Assembly: GCF_009914755.1 (NCBI RefSeq)
Contig: NC_060931.1
Length of the DNA stretch: 64,000 nucleotides
Strand: one strand, 5' to 3'
From: the human T2T-CHM13v2.0 reference genome, Homo sapiens
The translations under genes were made by a program, and so were the position numbers. The notes below the pieces were generated by a model. It saw only the letters and a program-made list of their open reading frames with translations. It made no database searches and had not been told where the DNA came from. Shown piece after piece: positions 20,488-37,567 of this stretch (the first letter of the stretch is position 1; each line of letters begins with the position of its first letter).

Positions 20488-21169
20488 CGTTGATAGGTTG
20501 ATTTTGTGAAAGCATCGGTTGACTTAGTGGGGGGAAAAATCCATCAATGTGATTATTTCACTGAAATAATTGATCAGTTGCATCCTATGTCTTCTATCAT
20601 AACAAACTCGCCAAAAATATTAGCCTAAACAAGTATTTTTAGCATTTCTCCTTAGCTTCAAATTCTCATAAAGGGCAGATTTTTTAAATGCAGATGTAAA
20701 GAAAGAAACTTTCTGATATTGCTCTTCTACTAGATTTACTGATTTATATTAGGTTAGGAGAAGATCTTTACAGTTTTATCATGGGTACATATCTCCTGAG
20801 GATAATTTTATAAAATATATTTATGCTTCACTTTACACAAAATGAAATCTTCCTAAACTTCATAGGCAATTATTTCAAATATGCCAAAGAAAAGATATTG
20901 AAAGGAACTCTTTATCTGGGTTCATTATATTTTTCTCTTTACTTTCGTGTATCTTTGAGCATTTTCATAAGATTAAGAAGGAAGCAAAGAAGAGAGGGAG
21001 GCTGGGCAACCTCAGGGAATTCTATGATAGTCTAAAACCTCATTATATAAGGAAATGCAAATTAATACCCCCCACCAAAAAAAAAAACACGCAATTTTTG
21101 TGTGTGTGTGTGTTTATAAAGTCTAATTTCTGTAGACTAGGGCTCTAAAAATCTAAAATAATTATTCTC

Positions 21170-21332
21170 TTTTATTTTTTTGAGGCAGAGTCTTGCCGTG
21201 TTGCCCAGTCTGGAGTGCAGTAGTGGTGCAATCATAGCTCACTGCACCCTCAAACCCCTGGGTTCAAGCAATCCTCCCGCCTCAGCCGCCCAAAATATTG
21301 GGATTACAGGCATGAGCCACTGCACCTGGCCT
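21170..21332 (-). mobile_element. Alu monomer-length hybrid
   Basis: Right-arm end joined to left-arm start. Confidence 0.88.
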
Positions 21333-21334
21333 AA

Positions 21335-21654
<320 letters not shown>

Positions 21655-22062
21655 AATAATCATTCTTATAAAGCAGTTTGCTCTATTGGTCTTTATTTTC
21701 TTCTCCCTCTGCCTATATGGGTCTCACTAATGGGCAAGTGAGAGGCTCATATCTACCTTGGTTTACAAAACCTTGTCTAATTTATATATACACTTAGGTG
21801 TCTACTTTAAGACTTAGTCACTCTTTGGGTGGACACAGCTACATCCCATGCAGCCTGTGAGCGCTTCTTCCACCTGCACTTTAAGCTGCCTTTGTTCTCC
21901 TCTCTCAAGTCCTACTTGCATGCTACAGGCCATGATACAGAGTTAATGCTTCTTCAGTGCCCCGTTACTGAAATAAATTCTGAAAGGCACTGCTTTGTAG
22001 ATCAAAGTGCTTGCGAGGCACTTCCCTCCACAGATTCCATGGGATTCGATGGATTCGATAGA

Positions 22063-22454
22063 TGTGTTAGGCCATTCTTGCATTGCTAGAAAGAAATGCA
22101 TGAGGCTGGGTAATTTATCAAGAGGTTTAATTGGCTCACGGATCTGCAGGCTGTAAAGGAAGCATGGTGCTGGCATCTGCACTCCTTCTGGGGAGACCTC
22201 AGGGAGCTTTAACTCATGGCAGAAAGCAAAGGGGAGTAGTCACGTCACATAGCAGAAGCAAGAGAGATGGGGAGGTGCCACACACTTTTCCATGACCAGA
22301 TCTCATGAGAACTCACTCATCATGGTAAGGACAGCACCAAGCTATGAGGAATCCACCCCTGTAACCCAAACACCTCCCACCAGGCTTTATTTTTAACATT
22401 GGAGATTACATTTCAACATGAGATTTAGAAGAGACACATATTCAAACTGTATCA
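22063..22454 (-). mobile_element. MST (A/B) solo LTR
   Basis: tgtgttaggccattcttgcattgct...ttcaaactgtatca. Confidence 0.88.
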
Positions 22455-22599
22455 ATGGACTGGATCACCATTAAAGTCTGCTTACAATCATAGTATTAAA
22501 AGAAAGCTCAATCTCGTCAAGACCAATTGCCCATAAAATGATGTGCCTCTTTAAATAAAACCTTGATTCTTTATAGTATCCAGAGAAACCACACATGCA

Positions 22600-22991
22600 C
22601 GGATATGGTTTTTCTCTGTGTCTCCACCCAGATCTCATGTTGAATTACGATCTTCAGGGCTGGAGGAGGGGCCTGGTGGGAGGTGACTGGATCATGGGGG
22701 CAGATTTCCTCCTTGCTGTTCTCACGATAGTGAGTGCATTCTCACAAAATCTGTTGTTGTTTAGAAGTGTGTGGCACTTCCCTCTTTGTGCTCTCTCTCT
22801 CTCTGTCTCCTGTCACCATGTGAAGATGTGCTTGCTTCCCCTTCACCTTCCGCCATGATTGTAAGTTTTCTGAGGCCTCCCCAGCCATGCTTCCTGTACA
22901 GCCTGTGGAACTGTAACTCAATTAAACCTTTCTTCATGAACTACCCAGTCTCAGGTAGTTCTTTATACCAGTGTGAGAATGAACTAATACA
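22600..22991 (+). mobile_element. MSTA-like solo LTR
   Basis: gatatggttt...ggaggggcctggtgggaggtga...ctaataca. Confidence 0.88.
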
Positions 22992-23029
22992 TGGTCCTTC
23001 TATATTGATCTTGAAGAGCTATAACAAGT

Positions 23030-23490
23030 TGAATAATTAAGCATTTAGACTCCAGAGCCAGGAAGACTTGGATTGGAATCCTAACTTCACCACTTTCTAG
23101 CTGTGTGACCTTGGACCAATCACTCCAGCTGTCTGTTTTCTCATGCGTTAAATGGGGGTAATAATCGTACCTATCTCACGTGATTATCATAAGTGTCAGA
23201 TAAGATGACATTTACAAAGCATGGTGCCCAGCACAGAATCAGTGTCCTAGAAATGTGAAGTTCTATTGTGGAGCTTGTCGATGGTGATGTTGTTATTATT
23301 ATCAATATTTCTCAAAATCAGCTTGTAAATATATTTCACTTCATATATCTGCCATACTCCTGGGAGGCAGGACTTTTATTATTCATAATTAAGGAAACCA
23401 GTTCAGAAATGTCACTTGACTGGCCCCAAATCATACAGCCTTGGGGTGGAAGAAGCTGAACTGGGAGATCAAGTATTTAAACCCAGGATT
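23030..23490. mobile_element. Two MIRs in opposite orientation
   Basis: gctgtgtgaccttggac...ctcatgcgttaaatggg; aaggaaaccagttcagaaatg. Confidence 0.7.
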
Positions 23491-23563
23491 GTGTGTAGTT
23501 CACTTCTCCCTTTTCCTGCAGCAACCTTTCTACCAAGTGATTTTCCAGCCTATAATTAAGCTC

Positions 23564-23851
23564 TTTATTTTTATTTCTTATTTTTTTTTTTAGAGACAGG
23601 GTCTCATTCTTTCACCCAGGCTGGAGTGCAGTGGCGCCATCATAGTTCACTGCAGTCTCTAGCTCTTGGGCTGAAGTGATCCTCCGGCCTCACCCTCCTG
23701 AGCAGCTGGGACTACAGGCATGTGCCACCATGCCCTCCTAATTTTTTTTTCATGTAGTGATGGGGTCTCCCTATGTTGTCCTGGCTGGTGTCAAACTCCT
23801 GGTTTCAAGTGATCCTCCCCCTTCTGCCTCCCAAAATGCTGGGATGGCAGG
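23564..23851 (-). mobile_element. Alu (J-type)
   Basis: Near-full dimer. Confidence 0.92.
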
Positions 23852-23859
23852 CAATTAAT

Positions 23860-24200
23860 TACTTTCAATGACAGGGAACTTGCCACCCACTGATTCAGCC
23901 CTAACAACCCACTTTCCAACATCTCCATCAGTAGCATGTTTACCCTTCTCTTGAGCTGGAATCTGTCTCTGTGTAAGATCCCTCCGTTGGTCTGACTCTG
24001 CCCCACAGGGCCACCAAGAACAAATCTGCTTTCTCTTTCACATCACAGCCCTTGAATTTTTAAAGACCCAGTCATGTAACCCACCCCTCACCCCCTGCCT
24101 CGCGAAGTCCTCTCCTCTCCGGGCCCAACACCCCCAGATTCTTTCACCATTCCTCTTCCAGAACATATTATGAATCCCCTTCCCACGTAGGCCCCCTGCT
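23860..24200. mobile_element. L3/CR1 fragment
   Basis: aatgacagggaacttgccacc...gagctggaatctgtctc...acagcccttgaatttttaaagac. Confidence 0.6.
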
Positions 24201-24656
24201 CTGCCTCAGGGCTTGACAAGAGGCATATACTATTGATGACCAGAGAAGCTTTCATGCTGCCCCCAGAGGCTTGTAATACATTTATGCTTTCTCAGGATGA
24301 CACATACTCCCGGAGTACTAAGAATTGCTGTCAATCTCTCTGGCATTGTGAAGGACTCTGGCATTTCACCATATAATCATTTTTTTAATCTCCCAAGGGG
24401 CTGCCTGCTTGAGAAAACTGTCATATTCTTCAGCCAAGGGGAACCAGAGTGTTCTGAAGCAGATAAACATAGCTCTGCCATGTGGCTCTTTCCAGACACT
24501 TTTCTGATGCATCGGCTTGTGGTAAAGAAGCTAAAATAACCTGCAGTCAGAGATATTGGCCTCATACCAGCTCCCCAGGCCTCACCAGCCTTAGAGAAGA
24601 AGGCAGTATTTTTGTCAGGATAGATAGGTTAGGCTGTGTTGCAAAAGAGCCCTAAA

Positions 24657-24971
<315 letters not shown>

Positions 24972-25300
24972 GGGACTGAAAAACTCAGCGACTTATCAGT
25001 AAAAATTCATTTCTCATTTATGCAAAGTTCACTGTAGATCTAGTAAGTCCCCAGGGCGGTTTGCTTTCAAGTGGTGACTCATGGGTCCAAGGACTTGCAT
25101 CTTACTGCTACACATCCAGAAGACGTGGCTTCCAGGTCACAGTGGCAAGGGAAGAGCCAGCTCTTCAATGCTTCAAACTAGAACCAACATAAATCACTTT
25201 TGCTTATAAGCCCTGGCCAGAAATACTCACATGGCCCCACCTAACTGCAGGGGGCTGGGAAAATGTGGGTGAACACAGGGATATTCAAGGAGCAGTCAAT

Positions 25301-25590
25301 GGGCTGGGTGCAGTGGCTTACACTTGTAATCCCCGGGAGGTAGGAGGATTACTTGAGGCCAGGAGTTTGAGACCAGCCTGGGCAACATAGGGAGACCCCA
25401 GCTCTACCAAAAAATATATGTATTTTTTAATTAGCCAAGCATGCTGGCTCATTTCTGTAGTCCCAGCTACTGGGGAGGCTGAGGCAGGAGGATCACTTGA
25501 GCCTAGGAGTTAGAGGCTGCAGTGATTCATGATTGTCCCACTGCACTCCAGCCTGGACGACAGAACAAGACCTGTCTCCAGAAAAAAAGG
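25301..25590 (+). mobile_element. Alu (J-type)
   Basis: Dimer with a left-arm deletion. Confidence 0.92.
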
Positions 25591-25770
25591 AAGGAACAGT
25601 AAGTAAATATTCTGCCACAGAAGAGAACAATCTCAACAGCCTTTAACCCCAACACACTTGCTGTGATAGTGAGCTCCCAGCATCACTCCTGAGGACTCAT
25701 AGCCCTTCAGCAGCCACAGTGTTTGATGGCCACCAATGTCACCCTCTGAGCCACTGAATGGTGATCTTAA

Positions 25771-26141
<371 letters not shown>

Positions 26142-26320
26142 TCTTTTCTAAATCTATTGTCACAGCGTTCTTAACTGGTCTCCATTCCTCTTTTGGTCAT
26201 ACCACTGTCCATCACCATTTTAAAAATCTAACCTGATTATATCCTTTGTCAGCTTCATATCTGACATAGCCACAGTTCGACAGGATAGACTCTATTTCCT
26301 TAGAGCAGTGTAAAGAAAAC

Positions 26321-26612
<292 letters not shown>

Positions 26613-26619
26613 AAAATAA

Positions 26620-27030
26620 CTTTTATAATCCGGTCCCAAAGACCCTTCCAGCCTCATCACCCAATGTCCTACTCCTATGTTCCCTGTATTCAAGCCATCC
26701 CAAATTCACATCCTCCTCAAAGAGCCATAACACTTCCCAGAGAGCTCCCTCCAAACTGCGGCGACTGTAGAAATTCTATCGACTCTCATACACCCAGCTC
26801 AAGTATCCTGTTCTCTATGGCAACTTCCCCCATTCTCCCCAACACAGCTGGTTGTTCCCCGCTCTGGGTTCCAGACACCTGCCTCAATTGTACCTCTTGG
26901 TTGAAGTGTGCTTCTCTTTCACTCAGTGGATTTCTCCTTGATAGTGGCTGTGCCTTGATCATCTCTGTATCTCCAGTGGATAGAATTATTCCTGGCCTCG
27001 TAGGTATCAGTAAATGTTGAATAAATCCAT
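26620..27030 (-). mobile_element. L2 3' end
   Basis: atctctgtatctccagtg...taggtatcagtaaatgttgaataaat. Confidence 0.65.
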
Positions 27031-28211
27031 GCTACAAATTTCTCCATCTCATCTTATGCTGCTGAGAAAGAAGCCATTCCTTCACACACTGCGAGGTCTT
27101 TATTCCAAAATAGTGAGAGAGAAACAGGAGCTGGAGAGAATAATAACACAGCTCCCAGGCTGGGCTGGGGGTGTTGAAAGGAGAACATTAAACTCCCAGG
27201 AATTTTCCCAGCATCCCGAAGACCAGAAGCTCCAGGGGTACCACTTTGACTTTCTAGATCATTCTAAAGTGGCCTCTCTGCCTCATTCAGAAAATCCTAT
27301 GAGGACAGACTGAAAATAAATAGCTGTTTGATTAGCCGAGTATTGAGCTGTTTTAATGCCTTTTCTCTCCTGAGCAGAGAGATTGTATGCCCTGAAATAA
27401 AAAGGAAGTGTATATGAAAATCCTGGTTATTCAGAGGGGAGAATAACAGGGGGAAAAAAAGACTTTAAAACTCTCCAGAAAGCCTTCAGCACTGTAACTA
27501 AATGCTAATGTTTAAAGATATCCCAATATTTCAGGAAGCCATTGGTAGTGCCACACTAAAGCTCATTCTAGTTTTAAAGAGAAATATTTGACTTGGAGGA
27601 ACAGACCTCATGCTGGCTCCAAGATAAACTTTCCTAGCTCTCTCAGGCCAATTTTAATGCTAAGAGCAGCTCCATTTGAGTAAAAGTTCATTGTTGAGAG
27701 CCAAGCTGTGAATTATGCTACAGGCCGAGCTGAGCAGTTGGTCTTTTGCTGATGAAGGCAGAAGCTTGAATATGATACAGAAATGGAGGGGGAGCCGGGG
27801 ACATCCGAGGGGGATTATCACAGAAGGTCAGACTAATTAAATCGAGAGAAGTCACCAGAGAGCCGGAGCTCCCACACATCCCATCTTCATATGCTCTGAC
27901 ACATGCAGGGGTTGATAAGAAAAAGAGGGTTGAATTGCCACTTTCATCTGCCTGGAAGGACAACAGTCAACCAAATACAACTTTTTAGTGTTGGTTTAAA
28001 CCCAGGTGGGGAGGAAAGAATTGAAATTGCTGCCAATTCGTAATTATGCAGTTGAATCAGAGACAGGGAGCATGAGGAGAGGCAGAATCCAGTGTTCTCT
28101 CTGGTTAGACATTGAATGCATGGTTGTTGTGTACCTACTATGTGCTGGGCACGAGAAATGAAACAAACAAGAAACACTCCCTGCCCTCAATTAATAAATC
28201 TTTATGTATTA

Positions 28212-28353
28212 TTTATTGTTGTTATTATTTTGGAGATAGGGTCTCACTCTGTCGCCAAGGCTGGAGTACAATGGTGCCATCACAGCTCACTACAGCCTCA
28301 ACTTCCTGCCTCAGCCTCCCAAAGTGCTGGGATTACAGGCATGAGCCACCACC
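28212..28353 (-). mobile_element. Alu, internally deleted
   Basis: Right-arm end fused to left-arm start. Confidence 0.87.
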
Positions 28354-28358
28354 ATTCA

Positions 28359-28721
<363 letters not shown>

Positions 28722-29128
28722 TCAGGGATCTCATAAACAGAAAGATATCCATTAGCTCGCTTTGGGGGCAGGTGGCTGTAGTCAATTCACAAAACACGAC
28801 CTTGCAGGTTAAAAGCCTCCTGAAACCTTGGGTCTGTGCTATGCTGGTGCTTTGAGTTTCAAACCTGGATGAATGTTTGACATCTCCCCAGGCACAGAGA
28901 GAAGGGGAAAGAATGGCATCCCAGGGCACATGAACACGTCGACAGTTCACAGGTCCGCAGTCCTTGGTGAATTATAGAATCCTGAAGTGTATGAAATGCT
29001 ATGAAATAGCCCTTTTGGATTGCTTAGTCCAGGACTCACAGAGAGATTTCAATTCACATGTCTACACCAGCTGAGAGGAAGTGGCTGCCTGGGGTGCTGG
29101 GGAGAAATGGGGCTGGGACTGGGCATGA

Positions 29129-29714
<586 letters not shown>

Positions 29715-29983
29715 TGACTCCCACCAGCAATTGTCCCTTCCTGGTCCTTTCTTCCCAGGCTTTTGTATCTCCTCCTAGAACAGCCTGAACATTCAGAATC
29801 TACGAAGTTCCACCTGCTTCCCCAGGGCGCTCACAGGGAGTTCTGTTTCTGGGACCTCCACCTACCCCGCTGGAGCCACTCTCTGGTTGGCAGGTTTTGG
29901 AGGGAATGCACTCATCTCCTTAAAGTGGGCCTCTGTATCTTTACCTAGACTGGTACATTCTAGTTTTACTACATTCTCTTCAC

Positions 29984-30282
29984 CTTTTTCTTTTTTGAGA
30001 CAGAGTCTTGCTGTGTCACCTGGGCTGGAGTGTAGTGGCATGATCTCGGCTCACTGCAACCTCAGCCTCCCAGGCTCAAGCGATTCTGTGCCTCAGCTTC
30101 CTGAGTAGCTAGGATTACAGGCATGCACCACCATGCTGGGCTAATTTTTTTTGGGATTTTTAGTAGAGATGGGGTCTCACCATGTTGGCCAGGCTGGTCT
30201 CCAACTCCTGGCCTCAAGTGATCTGCCCACCTCGGCCTCCCAAAGTGCTGGGAATTACAGGCGTGAGCCACCTCGCCCGGCC
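29984..30282 (-). mobile_element. Alu
   Basis: Full dimer. Confidence 0.94.
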
Positions 30283-30345
30283 TCTCTTCACTTTTTATGA
30301 CATTTACCACACTTAACTAGTATTTGAGTTGTAGCTATTCCCATG

Positions 30346-30956
30346 CTGTAGTCCCTCCTTATCCTCAAGGATACATTCCAAGATCTCCAGTGGATGCATG
30401 AAACCTCAGATAGTTCCAAACTCCATATAAAAAGTACCATGTTTTCTCCTACACACACACCTATGATAAAGTTTAATTTATAAATTGGGCACAGTAAGAG
30501 ATTAACAATAATAACTAATAATAAAATAGGACAATTATAACAATACTCAAAATGGCATGCAATTTAAAACTTATGGATTGAGCCAGACGTGGTGATGCAC
30601 ACCTGTAGTCCCAGCTACTTGGGAGGCTGATGTGGAAGGATCAGTTGAGCCTAGGAGTTCAAGACCAGCCTAGGGAACATAGCGAGACTCTGTCTCTACA
30701 AAAAATCTAAAAATTAGCCATGGTGGCTCATGCCTGTAATCCCAGCACTTGGGAGGCCAACGTGGGAGGATTGCTTGAGCCCGGGAGCTTGAGACCGACC
30801 TGGGCAAAGTAGCAAGACCCCATCTCTTAAATTAAAAAACAAAAAACAGGAATTGTTTATTTCTGGAATTTTCCATGTAATATTTTCAAACCAAAGTTGA
30901 CTGCAGATCATTGAAACCACAGAAAGTGAAACGATGGATAAGGGGGAATGATTGTA
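30346..30956 (+). mobile_element. MER44 (Tigger7 derivative), split by Alu monomers
   Basis: TIRs ctgtagtccctccttatcc / ggataagggggaatgattg. Confidence 0.8.
30581..30848 (+). mobile_element. Tandem left-monomer (FLAM-like) pair
   Basis: Both units end gagaccagcctgggcaacatagc-like; there is no right-arm gcagtgagc segment. Confidence 0.8.
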
Positions 30957-31092
30957 TTTGTCAACAATAAGATCCTTTAAAGAAGTAGCTGGATTTTTAT
31001 ACAGTGCCTAACACGGATCATAAAATAAATGTTTGTGACGTGAGAAAATGAGAGGACCTAATTTAGTCTCATGTTACTCTGCTGTACTTTAG

Positions 31093-31441
<349 letters not shown>

Positions 31442-32055
31442 TAAATGCATTTTGCGACCACTCTGCTATAGAACACAAACCCTCCCCCACATTTTTGAAG
31501 TTTCTAAATCGTTTTTCCAGGTTGTCTGCATGTCTGCCCCATAAGCCTTCCCTCTGTTTGCTTAGTGCAGTGGTTTGCACATTTTATTTTAGCAGCAGAA
31601 GTCTTAGGCCCAGTGAAATCTTTTGCCAAACCCAAAGGCAGAGCAGAGAAGAGCCAAGATGCTCTAGGAAAGTGAGGGTGCCTGCTTGCACCCCCCTTGC
31701 TCTTTTTGGCAGCCTCTGACCCACCCTCGCTGTGCCCGCAGACTCCTAAAGGGCATGGGTCTTATATCAGCCTCCTTCTTGGCCTTTCTCTCCATTATCT
31801 TTTGCTCCAGCCCGACCCACACTCAGCTGCCAGCTTAATATTAACACAGCTCTAATCCTAACACCCCTTTCAACCTGTCACTCTCTGGTGCCATCAAGTC
31901 CAAATCCTTCCTGCAGGCTCGAAGACACGGATGCATCTCATCACACATCCAACTGACACCCCGTTTCTTCCCTGTAGCCACGTCACTTTGACTTCAAAGG
32001 GATATCCTGTGCGCAGCACACTCCAGGCTCACACTTTCACACACAGACATCCTGA

Positions 32056-33500
<1,445 letters not shown>

Positions 33501-33918
33501 CTACCTTTCAACATCATCTTTTACCACTCCCCTGGGCTCAGCCAGCCCACATCACCAGCACTTTTCCCTGGGGTCATTTCTCTTTCACCTCGCAGCAGGC
33601 TGACACTCCACTGATATGCACCAGGACACAAACACACGGCATCCATTGGTAAACAGCCACTAGCCCAAGAGCTTCATACTATCCCAGCCCCTCCAGCAAT
33701 TATAAGTTATAGGGTATGGTCCAGCAAGTGGCCAGCTTGCTAAATACCCTGGCTCTCACCCCTGCCCAGGAGCTCTGCCCTCACCCTCTGTCTGTACCAT
33801 CCCTCTCCCCAGCTTCTGATGTCCCCATGTCCATATCCTCCATGCCAGGGAGCGACAGGGACTCTTCCAGCTTTACTCAGTTATTCCCTTCCTGGTATCC
33901 CCATATAACCTCCTTGGT

Positions 33919-34208
33919 GTGTAATCCCAGCACTTTGGGAGGCTGAGGTGGGCAAATCACCTGAGGTCAGGAGTTTGAGACCAGCCTGGCCGACATGACA
34001 AAACGCTGTCTCTATTAAAAATACAAAAATTAGCTGGGAGTAGTGGTGCACACCTGTAATCCCAGATACTTGGGAAGCTGAGTCAGGAGAATTGCTTGAA
34101 CCCGGAGGCGGAGGTTGCAGTGAGCCAAGATTGCACCACTGCACTCCAGCCGGGCCAACATAGCAAGACTCCATCAAAAAAAGCAAAACAAGACAAAACA
34201 AAAAAACA
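33919..34208 (+). mobile_element. Alu, 5'-truncated
   Basis: Starts tgtaatccc; TSD ccttggtgtg. Confidence 0.93.
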
Positions 34209-34490
34209 ACACCTCCTTTATACAACTTGCCTTGGTGTGTTGTGATTTCTTACTCTTTTCTCTGTCTTCCACTTAACCAAGAGCTACTTGGGAGCTGGAG
34301 CCATAGTCCATTCACATAATAGATGCTCAGTAAGTGCTTGGCGAACTAGACCTTGTTAGCAACTAAGCAAAGTCCTCCTCCCCCTTAAAGCTCTCCTAAC
34401 TGCTCTTGTACCCACAGTCCTAGCCTTTCCCATATCTAGTACCTCCACAGGTTTACTTTGTGTAGAGCCAGGCTTATAATAGGCGCTCAA

Positions 34491-34790
34491 GCTGGGCACA
34501 GTGGCTCATGCCTGCATTCCCAGCACTTTGGGAGGCTGAAGTGAGAGGATTGCTTGAGGCCGGGAGTTCGAGACCAGCCTGGGCAACAGAGTAAGAACCC
34601 CCATCTCTACAAAAAGTAAAAAAAATTAGCTGAGTGTGCTGGCACATGCCTGTAGTCCCAGCTACTCAGGAGACTGAGGCAGGAGGATCACTTGAGCCCA
34701 GGAGGGTTGAGGCTGCAGTGAACTATGATTGTGCCACTGTACTCCAGCATGGGCGAGAGTGCAGCATCAGGACTCGAAAAACGAAAAAAA
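34491..34790 (+). mobile_element. Alu (J-type)
   Basis: TSD taggYgctcaa. Confidence 0.92.
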
Positions 34791-34849
34791 TTAGGTGCTC
34801 AAAAAATACTATTTCTAAGGCTCATGTGTATGTATCCCCTCCCCCATGA

Positions 34850-35950
34850 AATGAGGACATAACAGGCCCTCTTAGCTAAAATAAAGGGATCCAGCTGAGG
34901 CCAAGTAAATCAGGAAATCGCTGCCAAAAACAGCTAAGCTCACTCATCCATGCTGCCGGCGAGCCAAGAACCACGCGCGCCAGCCCTGCTTTGGAAAGGA
35001 GGAGTGCTTCGCGCGTCCCCCCAACCCCCCACTCCCCTAGAAGCTCTTCTTCCTGCCCTGAGATCCCAAATAAGGCAGCCCAAAGCCCAGGCTAGAGAAA
35101 GATAAAGCAGGGATCAAACAAGGCTCTGGGTCCAACTGCAAGGTGCTGCGTGTTTTTAAAGGAGAGAGGAAACAGAATCAAAAGGATGTCTTGTCTGTTT
35201 CAGGGACAAGCACAAGCGAAATCACCCAGGCGGTCCGACGTTTCACAGATTTCCCCTAACAGGCCTCAGAACACCGGGAGAGGGTTGGGGGGTGCTCTAT
35301 CCGCCTCTCATTTGGGACCAGGAACAGCTACGACTCTTCTATCATCAGGCCTTCCTGGGTTTGCTGGGGAGGGAAGGAGGAAGAAAGGAAGGAAGGAAAA
35401 GGAGACAAGGGAAGCAGAGAGGAAGGAAGAAAAGAAGGAAGGGAGGGAGGGAGGGATGACATTGCAGCTACTACAGGCCGGCATTCTGCCAAGAGCTTTG
35501 CACGTGCCCGCTCCCTGAACCATAAAAGCAGCCCTCTGAGCTTGGTGTCTTTCCTGTTCTAAGGCAGAGGGGACTGCTGCTTGGGGACGTCCTTTGATTT
35601 GCCCAGGGGCAGAGAACTATCAAGCGGCAGAGCCGAAAAGACAAGCCAGGGTGTCTGATCGCGATTCTAATAGCTCTCTGGGAGCAGTGGCCCCCTCTCA
35701 CCTTTCCTTGAGACTTCCCCAAATCTCCAGCAGGACCAAGCTCTGCGTGACATCACGTCACTCTCCCGCTTTCTGCTTGGCGAAGCAGGTCCACGCCTGT
35801 GTGGCTTCTCGGCATCAAAGGATTTTTACTCTCAACACCCGCATGCATGCATGTACTTCACACAAGGGCAGAGAGAGCTAAAGATTAGTGGTAAATGGAG
35901 ATTAGCACTGTCTGCATGAGCCCAAGGCAACTGGGACACTAGAATAGCCC
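34850..35950. promoter_or_regulatory. Candidate cis-regulatory element (CpG-retaining island)
   Basis: Clustered CpGs (cacgcgcgcc, ttcgcgcgt), CRE-like palindrome gtgacatcacgtcac, GATA and TCF-like motifs. Confidence 0.4.
35369..35457. repeat. GA-rich low-complexity tract
   Basis: (GGAA/GGGA)n-like polypurine run. Confidence 0.85.
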
Positions 35951-36051
35951 CTTGTTTGAGTATCTGTTCAACATGCCACCTGTGACCACCAGGCCTTCTT
36001 TCCTATGTAGTGTTGTCCCTGCCCACCTCCCATCACCCTTGCTCTATCTAA

Positions 36052-36685
<634 letters not shown>

Positions 36686-37082
36686 GGAATTACTCTTACT
36701 CAAGTATTTCCTTGTTTAGTGTCTATCTTTCTCACTCGAATGTAAAGCCCAGCTATGACCAAAGTAAGGCATGCCATCCAGGAGTTTGCTGAGTCATACT
36801 AGAACCCCATATGAGCTTATTCCACAGGCCAAAGGGTTCTCCTCCGAACCCCTCTACCTAGCACGCCTCCCCACCACTCAATTTACCAGGTGTGGGATGC
36901 ATGTAATAGATTTTCCTGATGTGATTACTCTCCAACTAGATGTAGAACCTGAACTCTGCCAGTGTCTATTTCTGAGAGGTTCCTCCAGGAGCTGGAAGCA
37001 ATGGCCTCAAATCCAAAGAGCCGCTGCAAATAGGGCCGGGGATCTCTCTGAAAGCTGCATGTCAAGGATGCCCGTGCCCTGG

Positions 37083-37567
37083 TGCCATGGTTTGCCAGTT
37101 ACTACTTGAGATCGTCACTAGGGCAGTTACTACTGGCACTACTTGAGACCATCATTACGAGACTGAATGAAGGGGGAAGAACGCAGAAATGAAAACTTAA
37201 AACAAAAGTAACTATTTTAAAGGAAGGGTAACATGGGGAAGAAGAAGAGGACTCCCTGCTTCCAGTGAGCAAAGGCAGCCTCCTATTTATTGGGTAGAAA
37301 GAGCAGGGAGCAGGAGGTAATGATTGGTCAGCTGCGTAATTGATCACAGGTTCACATTATTGCTAACAGGCTTCAGATGTGCCTAATTATAAGAAACACT
37401 TGCGCCTGGGGCGTGACTGCCCTCAGCATTCCTTCTGGGTGGCAGACGCAGTTTGTCAGTTTGCCAACAACCTGCTTTCATGAGAACAGTTTGCTGTTTA
37501 CTCACGTAGCCTCCAGTGGTATACTGAGTTGATCATGACCTTCACTCTTTTGACCTGAAGGTCAACA
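37083..37567 (-). mobile_element. ERVK-class solo LTR (probably LTR3B, HML-6)
   Basis: TG...CA termini, 485 bp, exact 6-bp TSD ccctgg (37077-37082 and 37568-37573), CCAAT and AATAAA on the minus strand. Family name from memory. Confidence 0.75.

Noticed and set aside
33718-33738. CTCF-like ccagcaagtggcc
   Set aside because: Mismatch at the core AG and in the 3' flank.
37095-37160. Short spaced repeats cagttactact / ctacttgaga resembling an array
   Set aside because: Internal repeats of the LTR; irregular and eukaryotic, not CRISPR.
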